Source of the DNA: an uncultured Nitrospirales bacterium
GTDB lineage: Bacteria; Nitrospirota; Thermodesulfovibrionia; UBA6902; BMS3Bbin08
Length of the DNA stretch: 35,977 nt
NCBI GenBank assembly: GCA_964347425.1
Contig: CAYFYW010000212.1
Location: forward strand, 1-35,977
Direction: 5' to 3'
The notes below the pieces were generated by a model. That model ran no database searches and was not told the origin of the DNA. It was given only the letters and a program-made list of their open reading frames with translations. Position numbers and translations under genes: made by a program. Positions 33,761 through 35,977 of the stretch are shown piece by piece. The first letter of the stretch is position 1. Every line of letters begins with the position of its first letter.

Positions 33761-33893
33761 CTGTCCAAAAAAGCATTTATGGAGGCCGAACACCTCATAA
33801 CCACAATGAATCGATCAGAGATTCGCCGCGGCGAACAGGTCTCTTGAATGTCAAACCTCATCCAGCCCCCCTGTTCATGATTATTTTGGACGG
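33761..33893 (-). repeat. MITE-like modular repeat, copy D (133 bp, inverted relative to A/B/C, different core)
   Basis: ctgtccaaaaaagcatttatggaggccgaacacctcataaccacaatgaatcg is the reverse complement of the right arm of copies A and B. It ends ttattttggacgg. Confidence 0.8.
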
Positions 33894-33959
33894 TACTGAA
33901 TTCGGATACAAAGGAGACACCGGGGTATTCAATTTTGGCCATCCATGGTATATTTTTAT

Positions 33960-34961
33960 ATGCCGGCCAATCTGCCACCAGAGTATTTTGAGGCGGAACA
34001 GAAATTTAAACAGGCGAAAAGTCCTTCTGAGAAGATCGCATCTCTCAGGGAGCTTATAGCCACTGTTCCCAAGCACAAGGGCACAGACAAACTGAGGGCG
34101 GACTTAAGAAGAAGGCTCTCCAAATTAAAAGAAGAGAGCGTCAGGAAAAAGAAAACAGGCAAAGGCGACCTGTACACCGTTGACAAAGAGGGCGCCTTGC
34201 AGATAGCTCTCGTTGGACTTCCGAATTCAGGGAAATCATCTTTGCTGAAAAGCCTCACAAATGCCCGGCCTGTTATTGCCAGTTACCCGTTGTCAACGGT
34301 TATACCCCTTTCAGGAATGATGCCTTTTGAGGATATCCAGTTTCAGCTCGTGGACTTGCCGCCCATAGGAAATGAGTCCACGGACGGCTGGGTTTCGGGA
34401 ATCCTCAGAAATGCAGATTTTTTCCTGCTCGTCATCGACCTTTCAGACGAACCGGACATTCAGGCAGAGATTCTCATGAATCAGCTAACCAGATGGAATA
34501 TTGGCATGGCCAGGAAACGGGAGGTTATCGAAAGCAGGGAGGATTCGGCAGCAGGTGAAAAAAGCAGCCGTAAAAAGGTCATCATTGTGGCGAATAAGAT
34601 GGACGTGCCCGGTGCGGAAGAGGGGTTCAGGAAGCTGTGGGAAATGTATGAGGACGCTTATCCCGTTATTGCCGTCTCATTAGAGAAAAAAAATGTCCTT
34701 GAGGCCCTTAAGAGAACTATATTTGAGGTCTCAGGGATTATCAGGGTATACACAAAAGAGCCTGGAAAGGATCCTGACCTCGGAGAGCCTTTTACGGTAC
34801 CATCGGGAACTACGGTTCTGGAACTTTCAGAGATGATTCACAAGGATTTTGTCAGGAATCTGAAATATGCCTGCATCTGGGGCTCTTCAAGGTTCCCCGG
34901 CCAGAGGGTTCAGAAAGACCATGTTTTGCAGGATAAGGACGTCGTTGAATTTCATCTGTAA
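33960..34961 (+). CDS. DRG/Rbg-like OBG-HflX-superfamily GTPase with C-terminal TGS domain
   Basis: N-terminal helical HKGTDKLRADLRRRLSKLKEE (cf. DRG NKATE.HLG.LKAKLAKLR). G1 GLPNSGKSS, G3 VDLPP, G4 ANKMD. TGS-like C-terminus IRVYTKEPG....P......TV..L...IH.DF......A..WG. Confidence 0.8.
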   Translation: MPANLPPEYFEAEQKFKQAKSPSEKIASLRELIATVPKHKGTDKLRADLRRRLSKLKEESVRKKKTGKGDLYTVDKEGALQIALVGLPNSGKSSLLKSLTNARPVIASYPLSTVIPLSGMMPFEDIQFQLVDLPPIGNESTDGWVSGILRNADFFLLVIDLSDEPDIQAEILMNQLTRWNIGMARKREVIESREDSAAGEKSSRKKVIIVANKMDVPGAEEGFRKLWEMYEDAYPVIAVSLEKKNVLEALKRTIFEVSGIIRVYTKEPGKDPDLGEPFTVPSGTTVLELSEMIHKDFVRNLKYACIWGSSRFPGQRVQKDHVLQDKDVVEFHL

Positions 34962-34968
34962 AAGGCGG

Positions 34969-35559
34969 CTATTGATTAATAATGCCCTCTATCCCCAGCC
35001 GTATCATCATCACCGCTATTGCGGCAAGCAGAAGCGCCATTACTTTTGAAATAGCGGCAACACCGTTCTTACCGAAGACTTCGATTATCTTCCGGGCCTG
35101 AGTAAATGCAAACCATACTATTAAGAGGTTGCATATCAGGGATATAACGGTCGCAACAATTCCGTAATGGTCTATAAGGACTATCAGTGTGGTAATAACT
35201 GCCGGTCCTGCAATAAGGGGGACACCCATAGGGACTATACCTACTGTTCCGAATGATGCTTTGACTTCTTCATTCTCTTTCATCAATTCAAGAACGGCTA
35301 TTACAAGAAGAATAAGCCCACCGGCTATTTTAAAGTCGTTAACAGTAATCCCCAGGATTCTAAAAACCGCCTCACCAACAGCAACAAAAGTCAGGCTCAC
35401 AGCCAGGGCTGTAAGTGTTGACTGCCTGATGACGCTCTTTTTTTCACCATCTGTCATGTTGCGGGTAAGCGAGAGGAATATCGGAATCAGGGCCGTCACA
35501 TCTATTGCAACGAAAAGAGGGATAAATGTATTCGGAAGAACCCTTAAGATTTCCAGCAT
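34969..35559 (-). CDS. MarC-family (UPF0056) integral membrane protein
   Basis: 196 aa, six TM segments. FIPLFVAIDV....PIFL..T typical N-terminus. Confidence 0.85.
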   Translation of the reverse strand: MLEILRVLPNTFIPLFVAIDVTALIPIFLSLTRNMTDGEKKSVIRQSTLTALAVSLTFVAVGEAVFRILGITVNDFKIAGGLILLVIAVLELMKENEEVKASFGTVGIVPMGVPLIAGPAVITTLIVLIDHYGIVATVISLICNLLIVWFAFTQARKIIEVFGKNGVAAISKVMALLLAAIAVMMIRLGIEGIINQ

Positions 35560-35640
35560 ATGGCAATTATAAGTCTATTGAGCAATCCATGCAAGCCCTC
35601 CATTCTGGTTATCCTTTTACAAAGATAAAAGACCAAATAA

Positions 35641-35700
35641 TTTCAAATTCCAATAATCAAATCACAATAACCAAATAATTACCAATATCCAAATTCCAGA
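35641..35700. repeat. CCAAAT/CCAAT-type short repeat tract upstream of marC
   Basis: tttcaaattccaataatcaaatcacaataaccaaataattaccaatatccaaattccaga. Confidence 0.6.
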
Positions 35701-35771
35701 CACATCGCTTGTAACGAATCACGATCTTTTTACCTATAAACTCTTTTTACATTTAATATTCATTTACTATT

Positions 35772-35977
35772 ATCCAAGACAAACATAATCAGGAAGGCTG
35801 GTCGATGACCTGTAGAGATGCCTAATAAACATACCTACACCCCTGGCGATCTGCAGAGCAGGAGATAGTATTTGAATGGTTTCGTTTATTCAGTGAAACA
35901 TGTTTCACTGAATAAACGCCTCGGAGGCCCGAGCGAAGCCGAGGGACGAGAATGAATGAAAATACTATCTCCTGCTA
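35772..35977 (+). repeat. MITE-like modular repeat, copy C (truncated by the window end)
   Basis: Near-identical to copy A through the left arm, the 16-bp outer stem and the inner hairpin module. Confidence 0.85.

Noticed and set aside
33748-34076. Three overlapping 72-100-aa ORFs upstream of, or overlapping, the GTPase start.
   Set aside because: They run through MITE-like copy D and the 5' end of the GTPase gene. No motifs were recognised.
1-35977. tRNA, rRNA, tmRNA, RNase P or SRP RNA genes, and transposase, integrase or phage genes.
   Set aside because: I found no T-loop/acceptor-type signatures or conserved RNA cores by eye, and no ORF with transposase or integrase motifs. The repeat families therefore appear non-autonomous within this window.

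Overview
36-kb bacterial chromosomal window, moderately AT-rich. Gene content and repeat style suggest an anaerobic Nitrospirota- or Thermodesulfobacteriota-like lineage, but that is a low-confidence guess. Most of it is housekeeping. There is a minus-strand block pgpA-thpR-recA-pilT-recX, then nupC on the plus strand, then minus-strand alaS. There is also GT2-miaA-hfq-NUDIX, a znuABC-type metal ABC importer, an MFS exporter, OsmC, a universal stress protein and MarC. Accessory content at the left end is a Wza-like/YjbH-like polysaccharide export pair plus a small Thr/Gly/Ala-rich membrane protein, then a four-gene TusB-TusD-TusC-TusA-like sulfur relay operon, then a CsgG-like channel with a DUF5661-like partner. 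Further right are a PilZ-receiver hybrid, an orphan HEPN-like ORF, a stand-alone MshEN-like 90-aa protein, two Zn-alcohol-dehydrogenase paralogues and a DRG-like TGS GTPase. Two things stand out. First, a PCYCGC-type protein has an in-frame TGA where the first Cys of a CxxC motif would sit, with a stem-loop just downstream, so it is a candidate selenoprotein; a 1-nt frame break lies further 3'. Second, the intergenic DNA is unusually rich in repeats. One family of five CTGTCCAAAA-ended, hairpin-rich modular elements looks MITE-like, and one copy is flanked by a 12-bp direct repeat. There are also several tandem heptamer or nonamer tracts (CACAGAT, CACAGAG, TTGGAAT, CTTACTG), and some of these run into coding sequence. 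I found no rRNA, tRNA, CRISPR array, transposase or integrase. All family assignments come from reading the translations and from remembered family motifs; no database search was run.
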